A stretch of 63,359 nt of DNA, counting the filler, from Sphacelaria rigidula (lineage: Eukaryota): assembly GCA_964200075.2 (NCBI GenBank). It is 5 parts of 5 records of this genome, joined end to end, with 100 filler letters (N's around TTAATTAATTAA, not from the genome) between each part and the next. Parts side by side here need not be neighbours in the genome. Positions count along the whole stretch, not along the records: positions 38,079 to 50,669 come from CAXNAA020003592.1; positions 50,770 to 63,359 come from CAXNAA020003593.1; 3 more parts are not named here. The stretch is one strand, 5' to 3'. A program made the translations under genes and the position numbers. The notes under the pieces were generated by a model, which saw only the letters and a program-made list of their open reading frames with translations, had not been told where the DNA came from and made no database searches. Of this stretch, positions 48,197 through 60,425 are shown one piece after another (the stretch's first letter is position 1; every line of letters begins with the position of its first letter).

Positions 48197-50580
48197 ATGG
48201 CAGATCAAGGTGGTGGGCCTGCTCCAGTAGTCGGTGAGCAGGGTGTTATTGAGCAATTGGGCATGGTGACTAGCCAGCTGAGTTCCGTAGATGAGCTACT
48301 ACGTGACTTGCAGTTAAACCAAACTGCATTACGGAGTGAAATAAATGAGGGTAGTGAGAGAGTCCGAGGGCGTCGAAACCAATGGCCTCTTCGATAGTGG
48401 TGGTTCCAATAGTCCATAGAGGGGATCCAGAACAAATATCAGTACAGTAGAGCGACGAAGTGCCGGAGTTTGACGTGACAGCCAGTACATCGGGACTCGA
48501 GCCGGACCGGAGGAAGGAGCTCGCGACGCGGGGGACAACGGGGCCAGAGACGACGGAGCTAGGGGCTTTGTACCCGAACGTGAGTCAGTCCATGTGAACG
48601 ACGCACGTGGGGATGTGTCAGGAGTTCCCGTTTTTCGACAGAACGTCCCGAAAATTTCAGAGATGAGTGCAGAGTTTGCTCGGTACAAACATGACCGGAT
48701 CAACTTCGCGAGGGGCGAAGGAAGTGACTGGATGTTTACCATGGCCGGCGACAGTTCGTACGACGTAGATGTTGGCGAGCCTGAACTATCACTGGGATAC
48801 CTAGAAACTAGATACGGGGAGGACACAGTGGCAGCCCAAGTGAGGGCGAGACGGATGCTTGTTGCCAGTCTCGAAGAACAGCGAGAGCAAGATATCTTGC
48901 TCAAACTCCACGCACCTGGTGCAGTTTGGAGAAAACTTGCGGATGTGTTTTGCCCCAAAACAAATGGGGCAAGAACCACATTGTTGGAACGACTCGATGT
49001 GGTCATGATTGGTGTTCGTGACAATCCAGAGTAGAAGCTGCTCGAGATGGAGGAAATTGCACGAGAGCGTAATGCGCACGAGGAACATCAACCTCTGAGC
49101 AAAAACCACATCCTCTCGAAATATCTAAACGCCTTGCCGTACGAGTATCACATCCAGAAGCAATTGCTGGAGGATCGAGAGGGGCCGCTGACACGGGAGG
49201 GTGTGCTAACCTCGGTCCGAAAGCGCTTCGACTCGGCCAATATAAAGCAGGAACTTGCCGGGGGAAAGAAGTCATCCCCGGGCAACCAGGCTCTCCTCGC
49301 CAGGGGTGGGACCGGAAAACCAAGCGGGAAACCCAGCGGTGCACACCGCAAGGGAACACCGGGAAAACCCCAGGGCTCTCGTCAGAAAAATGGCGGGAGC
49401 CAGAGTTCGAGTAGCTCTGGGTCGACATCGTCGGACGGCAAACCGGCGACTGTGAAGCTGATCCGCTGCCACGTTCGTGAAGAGGATACGACGCACCGCG
49501 CCGGGGACTGTCCAAAGAGATACTGCGGGAAGTGCGGTCAACCGGGGCACCAGTGTCGCGATTGTCCAAGATCGACAGCGAAGAAAGAAGATGCGGCGAC
49601 GGCGATGGGTGCGGCCAACGACAGCGACGACTCCTCCGTTTGCTCGGACGCGAACGGGGAGGCTTTCACCTGTTTCTACACCACCATTAACGGCAAAACA
49701 GGCGAGTACGCATTGTGTTTTGGGTAGGGGGGTGATAAACAGCAGGTTGAGGGCGAACCTTGCGTATTTAACATGGGGGCTACCCAGCATTTCTACCCCG
49801 ATTGCTATAGGATGGCGGAGTACAGAGAGTGTCAGGGTAGGGTACTACGGTGCGCGGGTGGTAGTACTTGACCGATCGTAGGCAGAGGAAATTCATCTTT
49901 TGCTTTCAGGTCTGACGGCCAGGATGTGGTCATCAAATTAATGGGTGTTGATCATGTACCTAATGTCCGTCATCACCTCTTGTCAATCACAAGTATCCGA
50001 AACAGGGGACAGACCTACACTGGTTTTCGTGGAGGTTTCAGGGTAGATCTCGTTTTAGGCATCACACTGAAAATACCCGGACCAACTTGTCAACCGATAA
50101 CGTACGCCCGCCGGCTTGAACAAAATTGTAGTGAAAAGTATGCTGTGGCATATGCTGTGATTGCCCCGGGGGCTCCGCCTAGCCCCCAGATCGTTGATAT
50201 AAACGACTTCCTCTGTGCCCACGCTCACGTTCGCGAGGACTTGCTGCAAAAGACCGCGAAGCAGCTGGGAGTGCAGCTGGCTGGAGATCTGCTGCCCTGC
50301 CGCGGTTGCTCGGAGGCAAGGGACTCGCCGATTCCAAGATCGACGCACACTAGAGCACAAGTTATCCAAACGCCGGGCAAGCCGAAATATCCCAAGGTCG
50401 ATGCAGGCCAGGAAGTGAGCGAGGAAAGGATGTAAAAATCGACAGTGGACACTTTGTCCAGCGATTCCTCGAGCGCACCGTCCTCCCCGCCGAGTTCCGT
50501 AGGAGGAGGGGGCGGAGCAGCACCGCACATCCCCGTCAGTACTGAAGGTCGCGAAGTGCCTCCACCGTCCCCGTAGGGGG
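48197..50580 (+). mobile_element. Degenerate Ty1/Copia gag-protease-pre-integrase, integrase core deleted, truncated by contig end
   Basis: UBN2-like gag (VWRKLADVF..KYLNALPYEY), knuckle CGKCGQPGHQCRDC, decayed protease FNMGATQHF, HAHVREDLLQKTAKQLG..PCRGC. Stop at 49032. Confidence 0.88.
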
Positions 50581-50669
50581 GGGGGGGGGGGGGGGGGGGG
50601 GGGATACCAGAGATCCCCGTCCCAGATTTTGTCCCCGGGGGGGGGGGGGGGGGGCGGGAAGAATCCCCC

Positions 50670-50769
50670 NNNNNNNNNNNNNNNNNNNNNNNNNNNNNNN
50701 NNNNNNNNNNNNNTTAATTAATTAANNNNNNNNNNNNNNNNNNNNNNNNNNNNNNNNNNNNNNNNNNNN
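50670..50769. other. Artificial contig spacer
   Basis: N44-TTAATTAATTAA-N44. Confidence 0.98.
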
Positions 50770-52858
50770 CCCTTTCCCTCGTCGACCGTTAAGTCGAATT
50801 TTGTGTACCCACGACATAGTCGCTCTCCACTGTTGAGCATGGTGGGGCTTTGAAAACCGACTTCACCAAAAAGTCGCTGAGAAAAGCCGTCCGCCCGAAC
50901 TTTTTCCAGTGATTTTTTCAGTCTGTAAGAAGCGGCCTAAAAGAAGCCTTCGTGAGACCCCTCGTAATTTGGAATTTGTAAAATACCGGGGGAAAACACG
51001 AACAGTAAGAAATGGCCTCAAAGCTGTAAAACTAATCCTCCCGCTAATCCTGCCGCATATTGGGGCTTGGTGCCCGACTTGGACTTCTCCTTGGGAAACT
51101 TCCAGATAGACATGGTTCAGTTCATGAGCTTTTTAGTTGTGCTGGAGACAGGCACTCACCCCCATTGAAAACCACCCTCTACCCACGGGAAACCCCTAGA
51201 TGTCTCTGGACTGTCAGCTGGCGAAACTGTTCCGAGGCGAAGCGTGCAGCCTAAGGATGAAACTGAACTTGCGGTGAACGAACACCCACCCTTTTTTTTA
51301 TCGACCCCGCCTCGCTGGTTCACCGCCTTGTTGCGGGTCCACTACGATATTTTGACCGCACACTTCCGGGGGTAAAAATTGGCCCACTGCTGTCAAGTTG
51401 TCTACATTCATATGTTAAACGGCGTCATGCTTACTTAATGAATAATCTGTATATCACCGCACTGCTAGCCATCTGGTTACACTCCAGTGATTGAAACGGT
51501 AGCACCCACAAAATATCATATCTCACTTAGCGTGTTGCTGGATTGGTCCTGGATGATGAGATGTGTCCAGTAGACGTATGTTCCCATCCACGAGGAATAG
51601 CACTCCCGTGCCGAAAGCTGACATATCCTTTCTGTCTGCTTCGCTCTCATGCTGTACACTCAGTGCAATTGGCTGTATATTGAACCACACCATCGGTGTG
51701 CATGGACCACACAATCAATCGGCATACCTCTTTTTCAATTGCTCACGAATGTCGCGAATCGTGTACTTAGCAGGGTCCAATCCAAGGTCTGCAATGGTGG
51801 GTTTCCCGCGTCCGGTACCACCGTCGTGTCCTGCAATAGTCGTAATCCGCGTGGTGCTAGGGCTAGCGGTTCTCTCGTAGTACGGCAAATAGTAGGGCGC
51901 ATGGTAGTCGTACTGTCCTCGTCTTGCAATGGAGAAGAAGATGGAAGGACCAACAAACGCTCTCATCTAGTGGCACGACAGACTCGGTAACAACTGTTGA
52001 CACCAGTACAAAGCCTACAAGCACAACTGGCTGCTCGCCGAGACACCAGAGGTCAATGGAAAATAACTACAAGATCGAAACAGCACCCACTTGGAACATG
52101 TGTAAAACCGCTCTTGGTTGAGGGCGACGGGGTATAACACCCTCAGGTGGTAAGATGTTTAGCCTTCAAGCTCTTGGAAAGTACATATATTAGCTCCATT
52201 TTAACCAACTGAATCCAGATTTTTAATAAATTTTGTCCAATAAATCAAATTTAGGCCTCATGAACTTTGTGCACTCCGCGAAAAGTGAGATAGAAGTATT
52301 GACCTTTTGGAGGTGTTATCTACCATCATGTGTAGGGCATGTATCTGGCAGTTGAGACATGACAGCGGCCAGGTAGTTTCCGAAGCACAAAGTACAGCAC
52401 AGTACGGCACCGTAACAAGTAACGGGCACGGTGCTCAGCAGTCTTCCACCCGCACATCCGGAGGCTACTACCTCCTTACATACTTTTGGCCGGATTTGCG
52501 TGATATTTAGGGGCCGCAGCTCATCAAAGAGTCAGTTCAACTTTGTAACTAGTCAGTGCCGTGCAGCTGGGTACAGTCACTGCTTGTAAGCCTACAGCAA
52601 CGCCTACGGACCGTCCATACACACTGCACTAGAAGGCGCGTATCGGCAACGAGCAAGACGTGATTGAGGTCACCAAGGAGCTATTTGGTACACCTGATGC
52701 TGAGTTTGTGTGAATCTCGCGCGACAGTGTGCTCCATTTGAAGGTTCTACGAGAGTGAAGTACAGGCGCCAGCACCCACCTTCCATAAGGACTGACTCCC
52801 AGAAGGCGTTGTTGTGCTGGTTTTGCTCAGTGTCGAGGTGGAACGAATTGCAACGAGC

Positions 52859-55705
52859 ATGGCTTGTGCACCCGCGCTCCCAACACTCTCACCCTCTGCA
52901 TACGCTGACAAAATCATTCCGCCGACAACACTAGCGGACGGTAGAGGCGTGCGACTGCCGTACAAGCATGTTCGACAATACCACGCACACGAAAACAAAA
53001 ACGGGATCCATCATGGAATGGCACAAGGAAGCCCAGCGTTCATGTTATGCAGCGGTATCTCCTCTGTTGACCAGGGCCGCGCCACGCGCGGCGTACGGCA
53101 TGCAATCACATTTGCAACAAGAAGAACGAACGTGTTCCCGGTAGTCATGCTCGGGCGCCGTGATGATGATGGTGGTGATTGCTGTGGTGAACACATGGGA
53201 TCCATCGAAGGAGCCTCGACGCGTCCGTTGTCAGCTGCTGTTAGAGCCAGCTCAACAACAGCAGAAACAACGGTTGGATCGACGCAGCCCCATGGCCGCC
53301 GCTATCCTTTCTTTAAGTCGCCGTTTGAATCAACTGCAGTTGAAAGTGATAGTGTCCGTCCAACGCGGCAGCAGCCCCGCGTGCTCGCGGCCGCATCATC
53401 CACCGCGAGTGACAGTCCTGACGCACTACTGCCCCCGCACGCGGCTGGTTATACACCAGCTGTCGTGACGAGCGCGGCGAGGGGTAGGGGGACGAAGGCG
53501 CGCCGACAACAAGTGGTTCACCGTCGACGACGGCTGTCGCCGAAGCGCACTCAAGGTGCCGCAGCGATGGAGGCAGTTGACCGAACGCCGTTCCTAGTAA
53601 ATGGAGTTGTTACTTCTGGGTCTCCTCGTGGGCTGGGCACAGTCCACCGAAAGGGTGGTGATCGTGATGCTACGTCCGCATCGAATAGTCGTGTTGCTAC
53701 TGCTGGCTGCCCTGAAGTCTTGGGGGGAGTACGTCGTAAAGGAACTTCTCAAAGAAGTAGTGCCACTAGTATGACTGGCAGTGGTCGCTTTCGGAGTACC
53801 AGTAGTGCTCGTGCGAGCAGCGCTAGGCCAGGGACTAATCGCTCGCGAGAGTTCGTGAAGCGCATGAAAACCCTGCCGCCGAGGGATTGGAAGGCGGCTC
53901 TTCGAGAACTGGAAGCGGCCGAACGAGAGTCGCCACGGATGCTGAACAACGGGAATAAGTTCAACGGGATCGGCGGTGTGACCGTGTATATGTACCACAG
54001 TTGCATCAATGTGTTGGCGAAAAACGGCTGCTGGCGGGAGGCGCGAGAAGTGTTGGAAAGGATGAGGCGGTCTGGGGTCACCCCCAACGTTCACTGCGTG
54101 ACGGCCGCGCTCAGCGCACACGTCGTAGCCGGGGAAGGCAGGCGGGCGCTAGAGTTGCTGAATACAGCTCGTGGTTGGGGCTTCGAAGGAAACTCGTTCA
54201 GCTATAACGTTGTTCTCAGTGGTTTAAGCAAAGATAAGTTGTGGATCCCGGCGCTGAGATTATTCCGTGACATGCAGGCTTCCGGTGTGGCCCCCGATGC
54301 GTTTACCTACAACGCGGTGATCACGGCGTGCGGGAACGGCGGGCAATGGCAGCGATCAGTTGAGCTCTTGAGGGATATGGATTCGATGGGGGTCAAGGTA
54401 AATTCGTTCTGCTATAACTCGGTGATCGCGGCGTGTGCCAAAGCGGGGCAGTCCGTGTACGCATTAGCGCTCTTAAACGAGATGGCAAGCCGGGGAATCG
54501 ATCCTACGGTCGTGAGCTACAACTCGGCCATCACTGCCTGCGGAAATGACGGCCGCTGGAAAGAGGCGTTGCGTCTGCTCGACGAAATGCCTTCTCTCGG
54601 GTTACGGCGGGATTGTTACAGCTACAATTCAGCCATCCAGGCGTGTAGTGACGCAGGGCAGTGCGAAGAGGCGTTGTCTCTTTTACGGAAAATGCCAATC
54701 GTGAGTGTGAGGCCTACTATCTCCACCTACAACTCGGTTCTCACGGCCTGTGCAAACACAGGCCAGTGGCATCAAGCGCTGACTCTGTTGAAGGAAATCC
54801 CGAACGTAGGTCTGAGTCCGATGGACTACACCTACACCGCGGCTATCGCAGCCTGCGGACGCGCGGGTCGGTGGAAGCAAGCTTTGAAACTGCTAAGAGA
54901 AATGCCAAAGATGGGTGTGATTCCCACGGTGTCGGTTTACAACGCCGCGATCGCCGCGTGCGGTGATGCACACCAAGCGGCGTCGGCTTTGGAACTCTGG
55001 GACGAAATGCAGTTGGCGTCGGTACCGGGATTAACCCCAAACCTCGGCACTTACAATAGGGTCATCGCGGCGTGCGCAACGGCGGGCCGTTGGGAACAAG
55101 CTCTGGCATTTTTGAGGAATATGGTGGCGACACATGGTATACCCCCCGATACGACTAGCTACAACTTGGTGATCGGAGTATGCGGAAGGGCGGGCCAGTG
55201 GGAGGTGGCATTGGAACTGTTCGAGAGTATGCGCGCGGTGCCGGGGGTAGCGCCGGCCGCGGCTACCTATGTTGAGGTCATCACCGCGTGCGGAGACAAT
55301 CGGCAGTGGCGCAAGGCGGTGACTCTGTTCAGGGAAATTCTGCAGACGGCTACTGCTATCAATGGTGGGGAAAATGTATCACCTTGCGCTGACTATGGCG
55401 AAGCATTCGGCGCCGCTGTCGTAGCTTGCGGGAAGGCGGGTGAATGGGAGGAGGCATGTTCTATTTTAAAGGAGGTATCGGCTGCTGCTGCTACCTCGCC
55501 GGCATTTGTTACGCTCGAGAACATAGGGCGTTGCAAGATGAGTATCTTGAGCTGTGGGAATGGAGGGAGGAGACGGGAGAGGGTATTGAAGCTATTGAGC
55601 GAGATGTTGGGTGGGGTATCATCGCCATCTGATGACGTGTTTCGACGGGCGCCGGGCTACGGACGTGTGGTGGCTTCAGGTGAGGACGATCTCCGCCGGG
55701 TATGA
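52859..55705 (+). CDS. P-class pentatricopeptide repeat (PPR) protein, ~948 aa, single long exon
   Basis: 13-14 tandem 35-aa motifs (e.g. FTYNAVITACGNGGQWQRSVELLRDMDSMGVKVN) from ~53980 to 55480 after a long S/T/R/A-rich N-terminus. First ATG at 52859. An acceptor-like TTTTGCTCAG at 52830 allows an upstream exon. Confidence 0.93.
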   Translation: MACAPALPTLSPSAYADKIIPPTTLADGRGVRLPYKHVRQYHAHENKNGIHHGMAQGSPAFMLCSGISSVDQGRATRGVRHAITFATRRTNVFPVVMLGRRDDDGGDCCGEHMGSIEGASTRPLSAAVRASSTTAETTVGSTQPHGRRYPFFKSPFESTAVESDSVRPTRQQPRVLAAASSTASDSPDALLPPHAAGYTPAVVTSAARGRGTKARRQQVVHRRRRLSPKRTQGAAAMEAVDRTPFLVNGVVTSGSPRGLGTVHRKGGDRDATSASNSRVATAGCPEVLGGVRRKGTSQRSSATSMTGSGRFRSTSSARASSARPGTNRSREFVKRMKTLPPRDWKAALRELEAAERESPRMLNNGNKFNGIGGVTVYMYHSCINVLAKNGCWREAREVLERMRRSGVTPNVHCVTAALSAHVVAGEGRRALELLNTARGWGFEGNSFSYNVVLSGLSKDKLWIPALRLFRDMQASGVAPDAFTYNAVITACGNGGQWQRSVELLRDMDSMGVKVNSFCYNSVIAACAKAGQSVYALALLNEMASRGIDPTVVSYNSAITACGNDGRWKEALRLLDEMPSLGLRRDCYSYNSAIQACSDAGQCEEALSLLRKMPIVSVRPTISTYNSVLTACANTGQWHQALTLLKEIPNVGLSPMDYTYTAAIAACGRAGRWKQALKLLREMPKMGVIPTVSVYNAAIAACGDAHQAASALELWDEMQLASVPGLTPNLGTYNRVIAACATAGRWEQALAFLRNMVATHGIPPDTTSYNLVIGVCGRAGQWEVALELFESMRAVPGVAPAAATYVEVITACGDNRQWRKAVTLFREILQTATAINGGENVSPCADYGEAFGAAVVACGKAGEWEEACSILKEVSAAAATSPAFVTLENIGRCKMSILSCGNGGRRRERVLKLLSEMLGGVSSPSDDVFRRAPGYGRVVASGEDDLRRV

Positions 55706-58700
55706 TGCTCCTGAGGGCGATTTGCGAGGCATGCATTCGGTAGTTGCATGTTAAGTTCTCCGTTGAGGCATAACGCCCTCACGTTCGCACCGTTTGGGGT
55801 GTTACTGCGCCGAGGGGTGAAGACAAAACTCTCCCGCATGGGCGTGCGACTTCTTTTCCGTTTGTTCCCTTTGCCTGCAGGCATGCATTCGGATGATGAA
55901 ACACAGCCGCACATTCAGTCGATCGACAAAACAGATTATATTAAGTGCACACCCACAAAACTTATTTTCAAGTTCAAAGCATTCCCCTTTTCGTTTGTTG
56001 TCCATGCGCGCGTATGTACGTTTTAGATGAAATGCATCAGATCGACAGTTCGGCTAGTTCAGCTGAGAAGTCGGCGAAGACCGTGGTGAGTGAGAGACCT
56101 GGAGACGTGACAGCGCCACGCTTGGGGTAAGCGTCTCGGGGGGGAAACGTGAATCACACTCGCCTACGGGCAAGACCACGGCTGCAGGTAACGCCGACTG
56201 TGTAGACCGGAGTAAGTGTAATGGAGTTGCGAGTGTACCGTTTTTATATGCATAAGTTTCCCACTGGTCCTGCATCGTTGGATGTATAGAACAAGCAGTG
56301 CGGGCACTCCAAAAATGACAAAGGACAACGACTGCAGCCTGTATACATCGCTTTAGGAGATGTGACGTGGAGAAAAAAAATGTACGTTACAGTTCGAGGT
56401 ATTGGAATTCCGCCGGACCCTCTGATCGCCTCGGCCAAACCTCCGCCTTATCTAGTCGCTCGCGCCAGTGTTTGTTTTCTTGAGCCTGGGACACTTTTAA
56501 CGACCCCCCCCCCAAAAACCAGCCCAAAAGTGTCACGAAAAAAAATGGACATACAGCGCCTGATGTTTGGGCTCAGGCTACATGAAGCGCCTCATATGGG
56601 CGACATAGACGAAGACGAACCCAAGCGTGAGAATTCCCAGCTGCTCGTTGTGCTCGGCTTTTTCCATTTGAATTCACGTTAAGATTTTGCCTCCCCAAAC
56701 CAGGCGCTTTTTGGGAGGGGGGCTGTCGTAGAAAGTGTCCTGAGTAATGGCAAAAAAAAATAACCTACCACACTGACTCCGTCCCCATTTTTTTTTATCT
56801 CGGAGTCTTGAAGTGCCGTTTCCCGCGTTTCTTCAAAACTCTCTGCCTCAGGGCGTTCTAATGCCGGTGTGCTGTTTATATCGTTCATGCGTATCTAAAG
56901 CATGAGCAGGAAGCACTCCTCAACCATGACATGCAGCATTTCAACGCGGAGTAACTCAGCACAGAACTGTATTGTCGATCACAAAAATAGCGGAGTATAT
57001 CTTCATTCCACAGGACGACAACTATTGCCCACGATTGTGATGGCCCTGCATTTTCCATTCGTATTGTAGCGCACCGTACTCTGCAACACTGCACGACTCA
57101 TCAAATACTCGCGGTAATTATGCGTCTCATTTCCACATGGTACTCGCTGTGCTTCGGGTTGTCATCCGCAGCCAACCGTCTCTCCTTAAGTGTGCACATA
57201 ACATATATAACCTTGTCGGAGCCCAGGAGAATTCTCTCTGGATGTCTCGATGGTGTAGCATCCCGCGCTCTCGAGCCCTCATAGGCCACCATTTCGTTCA
57301 CTTGAAATTAGACAACGCTCTTGAACCCTCGCGGGCCACTACTTCTTCCACTCGAAATAAGAGTACATCTGTTCCTCGTTCCGAGTCCTTCGTCCGTTCC
57401 GACAATTTCGAGGACAGAATATTTGCTCCCGCGCTCTCTCTCTCTCGCATGTGCGCGACGGGCTTCACTGTCCGGACACGTCATCCTCCACCGACATGAC
57501 GGAGACCCTCTCTTTCCTCTTTTTTTTTTGTCTCTCTCTCAACCCACCACACACTCGCTCACACACCGCAACTCACTGTCATCCAAATATATGCTTCATG
57601 TGCACTGATCAACACAATCAAAATGGTTGCGCTCGAATCGCAGCATTTTGATTGTTGGAGCTCTGGGAGAATACAGTGCCAACCTTTTTTTCGCCCCCCC
57701 CCGGTGCAAGCGTTGACATATATTTCCCTCCGAGGCCTGTTCATCATTTCGGGCGTAGCAGCACACACGTCCGAATCTTCTATGTAGACCGACTCAACGA
57801 CACTCTGACGCTAGCCCTTACTCTAACCCTGACGGAAGCACACCAAACACTCGACCAGCGGCTGTGTTCTGCGTAGTCAAGGGTGCCTTACTTATTGGCG
57901 CCGATTTGTGTAATAATGCATCGTGGTACCGCGTGCCGTAGGTGTCACAAAAGTTCCCCTGCATCCTCACTGAAACGGGTGTTGTGAAAACTCCGTAAAA
58001 GCCTGCATGGAGATTCAGATCTCGACTGCAGGAATTACAAGTCTTCGCCCAACATTCATCACGCCCTCAGGTACTGCTGCTGACAAATATATTGCCTCAG
58101 CTAACATTGTTGTCGCTGAGCGCTGCGGCATTTCTGTAGTAGCATTATCACAACGTCCTCAAATATCACCGCTGACAAATACGATGCCTTGTCTGACCTC
58201 GCTCTCGCTAAGCATAGTGGCGTCAGCCCCGGGCCTTCATGTTTTCGGACACTCTGGTGCAAGCATGACAACTTTTTCGTGAAATTGAGAGTAGGGCGCT
58301 GATTGAGGGTGGCTTCGATCATTCGCTTTGACATAGCCAATTTTTCATTCCGTGCGTGCTTTTTTTTGCTTCCATCACTGGCATGTGCTTCCAGCTACAC
58401 GTCGATATCCTATTCAGGGATATCAAGGGCCTCAGTGGCAAGCTACTACAGAAAGCATATCGGACCTCGTGGAGGGGCATTTCGGAACTGAAACGATTCA
58501 TTCACTGGTTGACCGTTTTTCACTCTCAATCGTATCCTCTTTTCTCGATCTCACGAAAGTATTGTTGTATGCCATTTTTTCCGCAAAGACACTGCTTGTT
58601 TCGGGCCGTGCGATTTTTGACGTTTTCCCGGAATTTCGTAGTTGCATAATATCGATTTAACTTTCCTCAGAAATGTTCACCACTGTCGGGGATTTTCCTA

Positions 58701-59289
58701 CAGCAACCTCATATTTTGTTTTTACCTACGGATCTTTTTCCCCGTACGGGACTTGCACAATTTTCTGTGTCAAATGAAAGTGATGCTGATTCGGCAGATG
58801 ACCCGCCATTGCGGTGAGAGGGTCAACGTTGGAGGCCAGGATGAATGTTTACGAGCTGAATCAGCATCATCTCGATTCGAAGAATGATTGCGAGACTCAG
58901 ATCATCTATCGTGGCGGTCAAAGGTTCACCAACGATCCGAACACAGCACCACCCTCCACCGTAGTACAAGCACCACGGACATTCGTGCGTGTGGTGGATG
59001 CTTTGCTCAGTGGATATGCATCAAGCAAAGGGGGCCCCCGTGACATGGAAAGCTGGGGCTCCATTTCTGTCACGTTATAGGCGTTGGACGAGGAACGTCA
59101 TGCCTTTTCGTGTTGAAATATGCTGGAATCGATCTACAAAGCATGGCGGCAGAAGCCGCCGAAAACCTGGTATATACACACCAGAAGCAGCCGCAACTTC
59201 GCCGGGCGCATCTCACAGCACACAGCACACAACATGAACTTGGAATTTTCGTGGGATGGTCGTTTATCCCAAAACGGTAGCCGTATATT

Positions 59290-59827
59290 CTAAGGTCGTG
59301 TTCTGTGAGGTACGGATACGTTCTATAGGGTATGAGGTTCCTTACAGAACTTACAGAACTGTCGGGTACCGGTATGAAAGTCTTACAGAAATTACAGGAC
59401 TTGTCGGGTACGGTATGGGAGGCTCACCGAAAACCGGTACCGGCAATCGGGTATCTCTTTCAGGGCATACCCGCCCCTCGCGGTAGGGTGTAGTTTTTGT
59501 ACAGAACTCACAGAACTGTCGGGCAAGGGTATGGGAGGCTTGCAGAACTCACAGAAACTGTCGGGTAGGGTAAGGGTTGCACATAAAACCGTACCCGCTA
59601 CCGGGTATCTAATCATGAGCATACCCGTGCCCCTCGGTAACGGTACGGGAAGCGTACAGAACTTACACAACTATCGGGTACGGGTATGAAGGTCTTAAAG
59701 AGACTACAGAACTGTCGGGTACCAGCATGGAAATCTTACAGAGTTCACATAACTGTCGGGTAAGGTAAATACCCGGCGAAATACCCCGGGTATACAGAAA
59801 ACCGTACCCTACAGAACACAACCTTGG
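59290..59827. mobile_element. MITE with internal ACAGAACTCACAGAACTGTCGGGTA subrepeats, copy 1
   Basis: TIR CTAAGGTCGTGTTCTGTGAGGTACGG / CCGTACCCTACAGAACACAACCTTGG followed by TA (Tc1/mariner-type target). Confidence 0.75.
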
Positions 59828-59899
59828 TATTATCATCACCCCTGTTGTGAGACCTACGTAACTACAACAGTGGCGAAATACAGATGACTGTTCACGAAA

Positions 59900-60300
59900 A
59901 CTCTGAACGGCTTCATGGGGTTGATGGAGAAAGACTACACGAACAATCGCAGTAGTACATGTGCACGGGATCGTCAACATCTATCGGCTTCACGTACACT
60001 CCCGTAGAATACATGAAGGAGAATTCACGGCTGCTCGTTCTCTGGAAGCCACTCGGTACGCGAAAAAATCGTCGAAGGCCTTGACGACTTTCGGTGGAAG
60101 CTCATAGTTTGTGCTGTACTTGTCGATAACGGCCTGGGGTTTGATGACCACGACACAACCACCATCAACGTCGATGACGTGCGTCTTGCTACTTGATCCC
60201 CTGGTGGCGCAGGTGAACCGCCCCCGCTTGAGCCACCACTCGAGTCTGGGGGTGATCCATCCTGACGGTCTGCAGTGCTGCTCATGTTTTGTGTTTCCAC
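59900..60300 (-). pseudogene. Possible frameshifted N-terminus of a DNA transposase (BED-finger-like)
   Basis: MSSTADRQDGSPPDSSGG.. then VIDVDGG..PKVVKAFDDFF.. then FMYSTGVYVKPIDVDDPVHMYYCDC across frameshifts. Confidence 0.3.
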
Positions 60301-60425
60301 TCAGCGGTACCTCGTATCCCGTCACATCACAAACTAAACAATTTTTAACATCGAATTATTGTTGGTGTGCTGTTTTGGATGAAGGAGTTGGGTGGGTTGA
60401 TCGATGGGAGGTTCATGTTCAGGTG

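Noticed and set aside
50576-50655. Long G-runs as a G-quadruplex element
   Set aside because: Homopolymers at a contig end have unreliable length and are probably the cause of the assembly break.
56880-58700. Protein-like decayed frames on the minus strand
   Set aside because: No recognisable motif in any frame; cannot support a call without a search.
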